DNA of 58,207 nt from positions 1 through 58,207 of the forward strand of contig VGCA01000002.1 in the NCBI GenBank assembly GCA_016870245.1. Reading direction: 5' to 3'. Below are positions 50,043 to 58,207 of the stretch, piece by piece (position 1 is the first letter of the stretch; every line of letters starts with the position of its first letter). The position numbers and the translations under genes were made by a program. This DNA comes from Actinomycetota bacterium. GTDB taxonomy: Bacteria; Actinomycetota; Acidimicrobiia; IMCC26256; PALSA-555. Under the pieces are notes generated by a model, which saw only the letters and a list, made by a program, of their open reading frames with translations, was not told where the DNA came from and made no database searches.

Positions 50043-50951
50043 ATGATGGAACGCCTCGCCTGCATGACGGTTGACCTCGAGCCGGATTTCCTCACGGAGG
50101 ACTCGCACGAGGTACTCCTCGATGAGGCCCGCTTCTCACGATTCGCGGAGACGCTGCAGCGACGAGGCGTCATTCCGACGACGTTCTTGGCCGCCAAGAT
50201 GCTCGACCAGGGATTGCCGGTGCGCGAGCGCTTCGAGCCGCTTGGCGCCGAGTTCGAGCTGCACTCGTACTCGCACGATCCCGAAGACCCCGACAGCGTC
50301 GAGGAGGTCCGCAAGTCGAAGGCCGCCTACCGACGTGCGTTCGGTCGTGACCCCCGTGGCTACAGGGCGCCGCTCGGGTTCATCGGCGCTGACGGCGTCC
50401 GCGCGCTGCACGCCGAGGGCTTCGCGTTCAGCTCGAGCATCTTCCCGGCGAAGCGGCGCGAGCTCGGGTTCGACCACAGCGCCCTCCCGCTCGAACCGTT
50501 CGTGTGGTCCGACGGGCAGGACGACCTTCTCATCGAGATCCCGTTCGGCGTGACCAAGCGGCCGCGCGTGGTCATTTGAGAGAGCTACCTCAAGATGCTC
50601 GGCATGGGCCCATTCCGCCTGCTCCACAGGTTCGGCGGGTTCCCCGAGACGATCGTGATCGATTCACATCTGTACGACTTCTTTCCGACCTCACCGGTGC
50701 TCGCACTCCGACGTACCGACTACCGCCGTGCTGCGTTGCTCCGCAACCAGCGGAAGGCGCTCGAATTGCTCGACGAGCTACTCGGATTCCTGCAGGGGCA
50801 GGGTTACCGATTCACGACGGTCGGTGAGGTCCTCGATCGCTGCGAATCGCAACGCGACGATCTCCCGCGCGTCGGGCTCGATCACTTGGAGCGCACGGCC
50901 TACAAGCCACCACCCCGCGACAAGGGCACCGTGGCCGCTTCTGAAGCATGA
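50043..50951 (+). pseudogene. Polysaccharide deacetylase (NodB/CE4-like) interrupted by an in-frame TGA at 50577-50579
   Basis: TVDLE, T.F, HSYSH, GYRAP and SSS before the stop. The same frame continues ESYLKMLG...HLYDF...GYRF to 50951. Confidence 0.78.
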
Positions 50952-51027
50952 CGCGATCGGCTCCACCGGGTGGCGGTCGGGCGTGCTCGGCCCACGGCGA
51001 CCCCGTCCGTGTCAGCTCGCGACGGGC

Positions 51028-53256
51028 TCAGCGGCCGACCTGAGCGGCCGGGAGCGCGGGCGGGACCGGCGCCTCGATCGCGCGCGGCCGACCGCTCAGC
51101 CCGTAGCGGTCGGCGGGGGCGGGCTTGCCGAACAGATAGCCCTGCGCATACTCGCAACCGAGGCCCCGCAGCGCTTCGAGCTGGCCGGGTGTCTCCACGC
51201 CCTCGGCGACGGCGCCCAACCCGAGTGCGTGGGCGAGGTTCACGACGGCGGTGCAGATGGCGGTGGCCTCCGGCTCGCGGCCGAGGCCGTCGACGAACGA
51301 CCGGTCGACCTTCAGCGAGTCGACGGGGAACCGCTTGAGGTAGGTCATCGACGAGTGGCCGGTGCCGAAGTCGTCGACCGCGAGATGCACTCCCAGGTCG
51401 CGCAGCTTGTGCAGCATCGACACGGTCGACTCGGCGTCGCGCATCAGGGTGGTCTCGGTGATCTCCAGCCACACCCGGTCGGGGTCGATGCCCGTGCGCT
51501 CGAGCGCCCCGGCGACGGTCGCGGGCAGGGTGGCCTCGGCGAGCTGGCGGGGCGAGAGGTTGATGCTGATGCTCACGGGGGCACCGCCCACGTGCCACTC
51601 GGCCGCCTGCCGGCACGCGTGCTCCAGCACCCACGCGCCGATCGGCACGATGAGCCCCGTCTCCTCCGCCTGGGGGATGAACTGGTCGGGCGGCACCAGA
51701 CCCCGCTCGGGATGCTCCCAACGCACCAGCGCCTCGAAGCCGGAGATCCGGTTCGACGCGAGGCTGAGGATCGGCTGGTAGAAGACGCGCAGCTCGTGCT
51801 GCTCGAGCGCCCGGCGCAGCTCGTTGCCCGTACGGAGCTGCGTGACGGCGTGGTCGCGGTTGGCGGCCGCGTAGATCTGGAAGCGGGCGCGACCGTTCTC
51901 CTTCGCGCCGTACATCGCGGCGTCGGCGTTGCGCAGCAACGTCTCGGTCGTCTCCATCTCGCCGCCCGAGAGGGCGATGCCGACGCTGATCGTCACGTAG
52001 ATCTCGCCGTCGACGAGCTGGACCGGCTTGGCCACCGCCGACGCGATGCGCTTGGCGATCTCGGCGGCGACGCGCTCGTCGGGCACGCCCCGGCACAGCA
52101 CGGTGAACTCGTCGCCGCCGAAGCGGGCGACGGTGTCGTTGGGCCGCACGGCGTTGCGGAGCCGGTCGGCGATCGTGACGAGGAGCCGGTCTCCGGCCGA
52201 GTGGCCGAGGCTGTCGTTGATCACCTTGAAGTGGTCGAGGTCGAGGAAGAGGACGGCGGTGTGGCCGTGGGTGTCCTCGGCCAGCGCACGGCGGAGGCGG
52301 TCGACGAACAGGAGCCGGTTCGGCAAGCCGGTCAGGGGATCGTGGATCGCCTGGTGCGCCAGCCGCTCACCGTCGCGTCGGCGGGCGGTGACGTCCTCGA
52401 TCTGGTGCACGACGTACATCGGCGTGCCGCCGGGGTCGCGCACGAGCGACGCGCTGAGCGCCGTCCACACCTCCCGGCCGTCGGTGTGGATGTACCGCTG
52501 CTCCACCTGGTAGCTGGGGATCTCGCCGGTGACGAGGCGGTCGAGGTGGGTGCGGATCGTGGCCTGGTCCTCGGGGTGGGTGAGGTCGAGGATCGAGACG
52601 CCGAGCAGCTGGTCCTCGGCCCGCCCGAGCATCTGGGCGAGCGCGCGGTTGACCCGGAACAGCTCGCCGTCGATGCCGGCGAGGGCCATGCCGATCGGGG
52701 CGTGCTCGAACGCCGACCGGAACCGCTCCTGGGCCTCGCGCAGCTCGGCTTCGGCCCAGCGCCGTTCGGTGACGTCGCGCGCGTTGAGGACGATGCCGTC
52801 GACGGCGGGGTCGTCGGTCAGGTTGGTGCCGACCGCTTCGAGGGTGTGCCACGTGCCGTCCTCGTGCATGACGCGGAACTCGAACGGAGGCGACACCGAT
52901 CCGGGCCGGTTGCAGATCGCGGTGAACGTGTGGAGCACGGCGGGGCGGTCTTCGACGTGCACGAAGTCGAACGGAGGCGACGCGAGGAGGCGCTCGACGC
53001 TGCGCCCGAGGCCCCGTTCGGCCGACGGGCTCGCGAAGACGCAGCGACCGTCGCGGTCGAAGATCGCGATGACGTCGTGGGAGTTGCGCACCAGCGCCTG
53101 GAGCCGGGCCTCGCTGCGCCGCACCGCGGCGGTGGCGTCGGACACGGCCCGCCGGGCGCTGCGCTCCTGGCGCCACAGGAGCAGGCACGCGACGGCGGCA
53201 CCCACGGCGGCGCCGAGGATGCAGGCCACGAGCGGAGCGGAACCGATTCCCACCAC
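51028..53256 (-). CDS. Membrane-anchored PAS-PAS-GGDEF-EAL c-di-GMP enzyme
   Basis: N-terminal TM, two PAS/PAC domains, HDPLTGLPNR, ARFGGDEF, FEALVRW, DDFGTG and AEGVET. Start inferred. Confidence 0.93.
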   Translation of the reverse strand: MVGIGSAPLVACILGAAVGAAVACLLLWRQERSARRAVSDATAAVRRSEARLQALVRNSHDVIAIFDRDGRCVFASPSAERGLGRSVERLLASPPFDFVHVEDRPAVLHTFTAICNRPGSVSPPFEFRVMHEDGTWHTLEAVGTNLTDDPAVDGIVLNARDVTERRWAEAELREAQERFRSAFEHAPIGMALAGIDGELFRVNRALAQMLGRAEDQLLGVSILDLTHPEDQATIRTHLDRLVTGEIPSYQVEQRYIHTDGREVWTALSASLVRDPGGTPMYVVHQIEDVTARRRDGERLAHQAIHDPLTGLPNRLLFVDRLRRALAEDTHGHTAVLFLDLDHFKVINDSLGHSAGDRLLVTIADRLRNAVRPNDTVARFGGDEFTVLCRGVPDERVAAEIAKRIASAVAKPVQLVDGEIYVTISVGIALSGGEMETTETLLRNADAAMYGAKENGRARFQIYAAANRDHAVTQLRTGNELRRALEQHELRVFYQPILSLASNRISGFEALVRWEHPERGLVPPDQFIPQAEETGLIVPIGAWVLEHACRQAAEWHVGGAPVSISINLSPRQLAEATLPATVAGALERTGIDPDRVWLEITETTLMRDAESTVSMLHKLRDLGVHLAVDDFGTGHSSMTYLKRFPVDSLKVDRSFVDGLGREPEATAICTAVVNLAHALGLGAVAEGVETPGQLEALRGLGCEYAQGYLFGKPAPADRYGLSGRPRAIEAPVPPALPAAQVGR

Positions 53257-53264
53257 CCGGGTGC

Positions 53265-53291
53265 ATCGGCGTGCCGCGGTCCCGGATTGAG
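53265..53291 (-). promoter_or_regulatory. Sigma-28 (FliA/WhiG)-like promoter CTCA-N17-GCCGAT
   Basis: Minus-strand CTCA (53291-53288), 17-nt spacer, GCCGAT (53270-53265); 8 nt before the inferred GTG of the GGDEF-EAL gene. Confidence 0.55.
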
Positions 53292-53311
53292 AACCGAAAT
53301 CGACCGCCGCG

Positions 53312-53329
53312 CCCGGTCCGCGGACCGGG
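53312..53329 (-). terminator. Perfect 18-bp palindrome immediately after the meaB stop
   Basis: CCCGGTCCGCGGACCGGG. Confidence 0.45.
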
Positions 53330-53332
53330 GGC

Positions 53333-54307
53333 TCAGCGGTCGCCCAGGAACACGCCGATGAGACGGCGCGCGGCCGTGGTCGGGGCGAGCCGGCCGGCCG
53401 CGACCTCGGCCTCCAGCGCGGCGGCGGCCGCGGCGGTGCGGGCGTCGGCATGCAGCCGGTCGAGGAGGGAGTCGGCGAGCTCGTCGCGCATCCACGCGCG
53501 CGCCTGTTCGGCGCGCCGCTCGGTGAGGGGCTCGCCGTCGAGCGCAGTGCGGAAGTCGGTGATCGTGTTCCAGAGCCCGTCGATGCCGCGCTGCTCGAGC
53601 GCCGAGACGAGCACCACACGGGGCGTCCAGCCGGCGAACCGGGGCCGCACCAGGTGCAGGGCCGCCCCGTAGTCGGACGCGGTCGCCGTGGCCACCGCCT
53701 CGAGCGGACCGTCGGCCTTGTTGACCACCACCAGGTCGGCCAGCTCGACGATGCCCCGCTTGATGCCCTGGAGCTCGTCGCCGCCCGCGGGCGCGATGAG
53801 GAGGACGAAGCAGTCGACCATGTCGGCCACCGCGGTCTCCGACTGGCCCACGCCGACGGTCTCCACGATCACGACGTCGAACCCGGCGGCCTCGCAGAGC
53901 AGCATCGCCTCGCGGGTGCGGCGGGCGACGCCGCCGAGGGTGGTCCCCGCGGGGGAGGGACGCACGAACGCCGCCGGGTGGCGTGACAGCTCCTCCATGC
54001 GCGTCTTGTCGCCGAGGATCGACCCACCGGTGCGCGAGCTCGACGGGTCGACGGCGAGCACGGCCACCCGGTGGCCCGACTCCACGACGTGGAGTCCGAG
54101 CGCCTCGATGAGGGTCGACTTGCCCGCGCCGGGCGATCCCGAGATGCCGATGCGGATCGCCCGGCCGGTCGCCGGCATGACCTCGGTGAGCAACGCGTCG
54201 GCGGCGTCGCGGTCGTCGGCGCGGGTGGACTCGACCAGCGTGATGCCACGCGCGAGCGCGCGGCGGTCACCCTGGAAGAGCTCCCCGCCGAGCGTCCCTG
54301 CCGTCAT
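53333..54307 (-). CDS. meaB: Methylmalonyl-CoA mutase-associated GTPase
   Basis: GSPGAGKST, AVDPSS..TGGSILGDKTRM, ETVGVGQSE and NKAD. Confidence 0.95.
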   Translation of the reverse strand: MTAGTLGGELFQGDRRALARGITLVESTRADDRDAADALLTEVMPATGRAIRIGISGSPGAGKSTLIEALGLHVVESGHRVAVLAVDPSSSRTGGSILGDKTRMEELSRHPAAFVRPSPAGTTLGGVARRTREAMLLCEAAGFDVVIVETVGVGQSETAVADMVDCFVLLIAPAGGDELQGIKRGIVELADLVVVNKADGPLEAVATATASDYGAALHLVRPRFAGWTPRVVLVSALEQRGIDGLWNTITDFRTALDGEPLTERRAEQARAWMRDELADSLLDRLHADARTAAAAAALEAEVAAGRLAPTTAARRLIGVFLGDR

Positions 54308-54314
54308 GGGGAGG

Positions 54315-56474
54315 TCACGCTCCCCGACGGCGGACGAGCGCCAGCACCTCCGACGCGGCCTCGGGGATGTTGGTGCCCGGTCCGAAGATGGCGGCCGCGC
54401 CGGCCTCGCGCAGGTACTCGTAGTCCTGGGCGGGGATCACGCCACCGCACACGACGACGATGTCGTCGCCCCCCAGCTTCTCCAGCTGGGCGACCAGCTC
54501 GGGTACGAGCGTCTTGTGGCCGGCAGCCTGGCTGCTCACCCCGACGACGTGGACGTCGTTCTCGATGGCATCGCGGGCGGCTTCCTCGGGCGTCTGGAAC
54601 AGCGGGCCCACGTCGACGTCGAAGCCGAGGTCGGCGAACGCGGTGGCGATCACCTTGGCGCCCCGGTCGTGACCGTCCTGGCCCATCTTCACGACGAGCA
54701 GGCGGGGGCGCCGACCCTCGGCGGTGGCGAAGGCCTCGACCTCGTCGCGGATCTTCGCGTAGCCCTCGTCGCCCTCGTACGCACCTCCGTACACGCCGGC
54801 GATGGTACGGACGACGGCGCGGTGGCGGGAGAACACCTCCTCGAGCGCGTCGGAGATCTCGCCCACCGTGGCGCGGGCCCGGGCGGCGTCGACGCTGAGG
54901 GCGAGCAGGTTGCCGTCGCCGCGTGCGCCCTCGGTCAGCGCCGAGAGCGCGGCCCGGCACGCCGCTTCGTCGCGCGTGGCGCGGATCTGCTCGAGGCGGG
55001 CGATCTGCTGCTCGCGCACCGCGGTGTTGTCGATCTCGCGGACGTCCACCTCGTCTTCGTCGGTCAGGCGGTACCGGTTGACCCCGACGATCGTCTCCTC
55101 GCCACGGTCGATGCGAGCCTGGCGGCGGGCGGCGGCTTCCTCGATGCGCAGCTTCGGCATCCCCGACTCGACGGCCCTGGTCATGCCGCCGAGCGCCTCG
55201 ACCTCCTCCATCAGCTCCCAGGCGGCGGTCGCCAGCGAGTCGGTGAGGGCCTCGACGTAGTAGCTCCCGCCGAGCGGGTCGACGACCCGGGTGATGCCGG
55301 ACTCCTCGGCGAGGATGAGCTGGGTGTTGCGGGCGATGCGGGCCGAGAACTCGGTGGGCAGCGCGATCGCCTCGTCGAACGAGTTGGTGTGGAGGCTCTG
55401 GGTGCCGCCGAGGACTGCGGCCATGGCCTCGACCGTCGTGCGCACGACGTTGTTCATCGGGTCCTGCTCGGTGAGTGACACGCCCGACGTCTGGCAGTGC
55501 GTGCGCAGCATCAGCGACCCGGGCTTCTTCGGGTCGAACTGCGACATGATGCGGTGCCACAGCAGGCGCGCCGCCCGCAGCTTCGCGACCTCCATGAAGA
55601 AGTCCATGCCGATCGCGAAGAAGAAGGAGAGGCGACTCGCGAACGCGTCGACGTCGATGCCGCGGTCGAGGACGGTCCGCACGTACTCGAGGCCGTCGGC
55701 GAGGGTGAAGGCGAGCTCCTGCACCGCCGTCGCCCCGGCCTCTTGCATGTGGTAGCCGGAGATGGAGATCGAGTTGAACTTCGGCATGTTCGCCGCCGTG
55801 TACTGGATGATGTCGGCGACGATCCGCATGCTGGGCTCGGGCGGATAGATGTAGGTGTTGCGGACCATGAACTCCTTGAGGATGTCGTTCTGGATCGTCC
55901 CCTGGAGCTGGTCCTGGCTCACCCCCTGCTCCTCCGCGGCGACGATGTAGCCGGCGAGCACGGGCAGCACGGCGCCGTTCATGGTCATCGAGACGGACAT
56001 CTTCTCGAGCGGGATGCCGTCGAAGAGCACCTTCATGTCCTCGACCGAGTCGATCGCGACGCCGGCCTTGCCGACGTCACCCACGACCCGGGGGTGGTCG
56101 GAGTCGTAGCCCCGGTGCGTGGCGAGGTCGAACGCCACGGAGAGGCCCATCTGCCCGGCCGCGAGGTTCTGGCGGTAGAAGGCGTTGGACTCCTCGGCGG
56201 TGGAGAACCCGGCGTACTGGCGGATCGTCCAGGGCCGGTTCGAGTACATCGTCGCCCGGGGCCCCCGGACGAACGGCTCCAACCCGGGCAGGGTCCCGAC
56301 GGCCTCGAGGCCCTCGAGGTCGGCCGCGGTGTAGAGCGGCTTGACCGGGATCCCCTCAGGGGTGGTGCGGACGAGCGAGTCGGGGTCGCCCTTGAGCTCC
56401 TTCTCGGCCAGGGAGCGCCAGGCGTCGAGGGTGGGGGCGTCGGGGTGCTCGGGGTTCTGGGTGTTCTGGGCCAC
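54315..56474 (-). CDS. scpA: Methylmalonyl-CoA mutase
   Basis: [24 protein letters not shown] and [10 protein letters not shown]. Confidence 0.96.
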   Translation of the reverse strand: MAQNTQNPEHPDAPTLDAWRSLAEKELKGDPDSLVRTTPEGIPVKPLYTAADLEGLEAVGTLPGLEPFVRGPRATMYSNRPWTIRQYAGFSTAEESNAFYRQNLAAGQMGLSVAFDLATHRGYDSDHPRVVGDVGKAGVAIDSVEDMKVLFDGIPLEKMSVSMTMNGAVLPVLAGYIVAAEEQGVSQDQLQGTIQNDILKEFMVRNTYIYPPEPSMRIVADIIQYTAANMPKFNSISISGYHMQEAGATAVQELAFTLADGLEYVRTVLDRGIDVDAFASRLSFFFAIGMDFFMEVAKLRAARLLWHRIMSQFDPKKPGSLMLRTHCQTSGVSLTEQDPMNNVVRTTVEAMAAVLGGTQSLHTNSFDEAIALPTEFSARIARNTQLILAEESGITRVVDPLGGSYYVEALTDSLATAAWELMEEVEALGGMTRAVESGMPKLRIEEAAARRQARIDRGEETIVGVNRYRLTDEDEVDVREIDNTAVREQQIARLEQIRATRDEAACRAALSALTEGARGDGNLLALSVDAARARATVGEISDALEEVFSRHRAVVRTIAGVYGGAYEGDEGYAKIRDEVEAFATAEGRRPRLLVVKMGQDGHDRGAKVIATAFADLGFDVDVGPLFQTPEEAARDAIENDVHVVGVSSQAAGHKTLVPELVAQLEKLGGDDIVVVCGGVIPAQDYEYLREAGAAAIFGPGTNIPEAASEVLALVRRRGA

Positions 56475-56652
56475 GAATCGAGGCTAGTTCGCCGCCCCCG
56501 GCGCCTTCCGGGCCGCGGCCGGGCTCAAGGAATCGGGTCGGGCCACCGACAATTCGGCCCGAGGGTGTGTCTCGGGGCGTCGACCCTGCCAGAATGTGCC
56601 CAGGCGGAGCCGAAGTGGGACCCCGACATTCGACGTGGGAGCCGTTCGACTC

Positions 56653-58137
56653 GTGAGAAACCGCGCACGACGCCTGTTGCTGATCCCTGCGGTCGCCTTG
56701 GTGCTGCTGGGGACCCCGGCCTTGGCCCTCGACGGCACGGCGGTCCCACCGCCGGGCAACACCGAGGTGCCGCTGGCCCTCCCCGACGGCGCGGGCCCGG
56801 GTGCGCGAGCCGTCGCGAAGGCCGATGCCGATCTCGTCGGGGTGCGGTGGCGGGGTGACCCCGAGGCCGAGTTCACCATCGAGGTCCGGCGGGGGGACTC
56901 CGGGGCGTGGGAGCCGGCCGCCACCCTCGGCGGCGACGACGTCGTGCCCGACGAGGGCTCGCCCGATGCCCGGGCCTCGGCCGACGCGCACGCCGACGCG
57001 CACTACACCGAGCCGGTCTGGGTGGAGGACACGGCCGCGGTCCGGGTCACCGTGGTGAGCGGCACGGTCGAAGACGTGGGCTTGGAAGCGGTCACCGCCG
57101 ACGACGGCCGCGCACCGAGCGGGTCGGCCGGCGCGCTGGGCCTGTCGTTGCCCGCCGGTCCCGATCGCACGGGGTACGCCGTCGCCCTCCTGCTCGCCGG
57201 TGCACTGCTGGGCTCCGTGGCGCTGGGCTGGTCGCCGTGGCGGTCGCGCCGCCAGGCCGCCCTCGCGAGCGTGGTGGCGCTCGTCGCGCTCACCGCGTGC
57301 GTGCCCCCGCCGCCCTCCCCCCCCCACGGCACCCCCCCGCCCCAGCCGGCCATGACGATGCGCACCTCGTGGGGTCCGGACCTCGGCTGGAACCCGTCGC
57401 CCGACTGTGCACCCGGTCCGGAGTACGCCGGCGACGTCAACTTCCTGGTCGTCCACCACACCGTCAACTCGAACACCTACGGCGCTTCCGACAGCCGCAA
57501 CATGGTGCGGGCGATCTGGTCGTATCACGTCAACACGCTGGGCTACTGCGACATCGCCTACAACTTCATCGTCGATCGGTACGGCCAGATCTTCGAGGGC
57601 CGCCGCGGCGGCGTCGACAAGGCGGTCATCGCCGCCCACACCGGCGGTTTCAACCGGGACTCGAGCGGTGCTGCGTTCCTGGGGGACTTCACGAGCGTGC
57701 AGCCCACCACGGAAGCCTGGAACGCGATGGTCGACCTCATCGCGTGGAAGCTCAGCGTCCACAGGAAGAACCCGGCCGACGGGTTCTCGGCCACCAGCGC
57801 CGGATTCGGTTCGCGTTGGCCCGCGGGCACGTCGGTGTCGTTCGCCAGCCGCATCCAGGGCCACCGCGACCTGTGGGCCACGGCCTGCCCGGGCAACGCG
57901 TTCTACCCGCGGCTCCAGGAGCTGCGTGACGCCGTGCAGCCCAAGGTCGGCTGGGACGGGCCGGTGGCGACGACGACGACCACCACCACCACCACCACAG
58001 CGCCACCGACCACCACGACGACGGCGGTGCCGCTCGGGCTGCAGGACGTTCCGGTGGTCACGACGGCGCCGACCCCGACGACCACCACCACCGTCTCGAC
58101 GGTGCCGACGACCGGCCCGCCGGCGCCGGGCGGTTAG
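56653..58137 (+). CDS. N-acetylmuramoyl-L-alanine amidase (Amidase_2/PGRP-like) with an N-terminal domain, internal TM hairpin and Thr-rich tail
   Basis: VVHHT, DIAYNF.VD..GQIFEGR, AHTGGFN and GHRD...TACPG. Start is 56653 (GGGAG upstream) or 56596. Confidence 0.87.
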   Translation: MRNRARRLLLIPAVALVLLGTPALALDGTAVPPPGNTEVPLALPDGAGPGARAVAKADADLVGVRWRGDPEAEFTIEVRRGDSGAWEPAATLGGDDVVPDEGSPDARASADAHADAHYTEPVWVEDTAAVRVTVVSGTVEDVGLEAVTADDGRAPSGSAGALGLSLPAGPDRTGYAVALLLAGALLGSVALGWSPWRSRRQAALASVVALVALTACVPPPPSPPHGTPPPQPAMTMRTSWGPDLGWNPSPDCAPGPEYAGDVNFLVVHHTVNSNTYGASDSRNMVRAIWSYHVNTLGYCDIAYNFIVDRYGQIFEGRRGGVDKAVIAAHTGGFNRDSSGAAFLGDFTSVQPTTEAWNAMVDLIAWKLSVHRKNPADGFSATSAGFGSRWPAGTSVSFASRIQGHRDLWATACPGNAFYPRLQELRDAVQPKVGWDGPVATTTTTTTTTTAPPTTTTTAVPLGLQDVPVVTTAPTPTTTTTVSTVPTTGPPAPGG

Positions 58138-58207
58138 GACGCGCGACGGACGACGTCGAGCTCGGCGTGCTCGTCGCGGGCGGCGGCGGCCAGCGCCGCG
58201 CGGGCTG
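58134..58207 (-). CDS. 3' end of a convergent gene running off the window
   Basis: Minus frame reads ARAALAAAARDEHAELDVVRRAS* with GC-rich third positions; TAA overlaps the amidase stop. Confidence 0.4.
   Translation of the reverse strand, partial: ARAALAAAARDEHAELDVVRRAS

Noticed and set aside
50577-50579. Selenocysteine recoding
   Set aside because: Not a redox Cys position in this family and no SECIS-like hairpin was recognised.
57968-58092. ACC/ACG trinucleotide runs
   Set aside because: An ordinary Thr/Pro-rich low-complexity tail of a secreted protein.

Overview
Very GC-rich, gene-dense bacterial chromosomal window of about 48 CDS. Gene content and promoter style suggest Actinomycetota, probably Acidimicrobiia (inference). 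No rRNA, tRNA, CRISPR array or transposase was seen. The left end holds a 2-oxoacid dehydrogenase E2, a LipB-LipA fusion with tandem DNA palindromes in its linker, and a peptidase. The core (about 5.0-41.8 kb, interrupted by metH) is a large surface-glycan locus. It contains Wzm/Wzt with a C-terminal CBM-like extension, two proteins with HAD plus PRTase-like motifs (candidate PRPP-dependent ribofuranosyltransferases, one fused to a methyltransferase and coiled coil), rmlACBD, several GT2/GT4 enzymes, three GT-C-like membrane proteins, a nucleotide-sugar dehydrogenase/epimerase module and a UbiA-DprE1-DprE2 arabinofuranose-donor pathway. The right part holds pduO, a PepA with a histone-H1-like tail, a cupredoxin, rhodanese-MoeB, a sirtuin, a formyltransferase/deacetylase islet, a PAS-PAS-GGDEF-EAL protein, meaB-scpA and an amidase with unusual topology. 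All family calls come from motifs read by eye; no database search was run.
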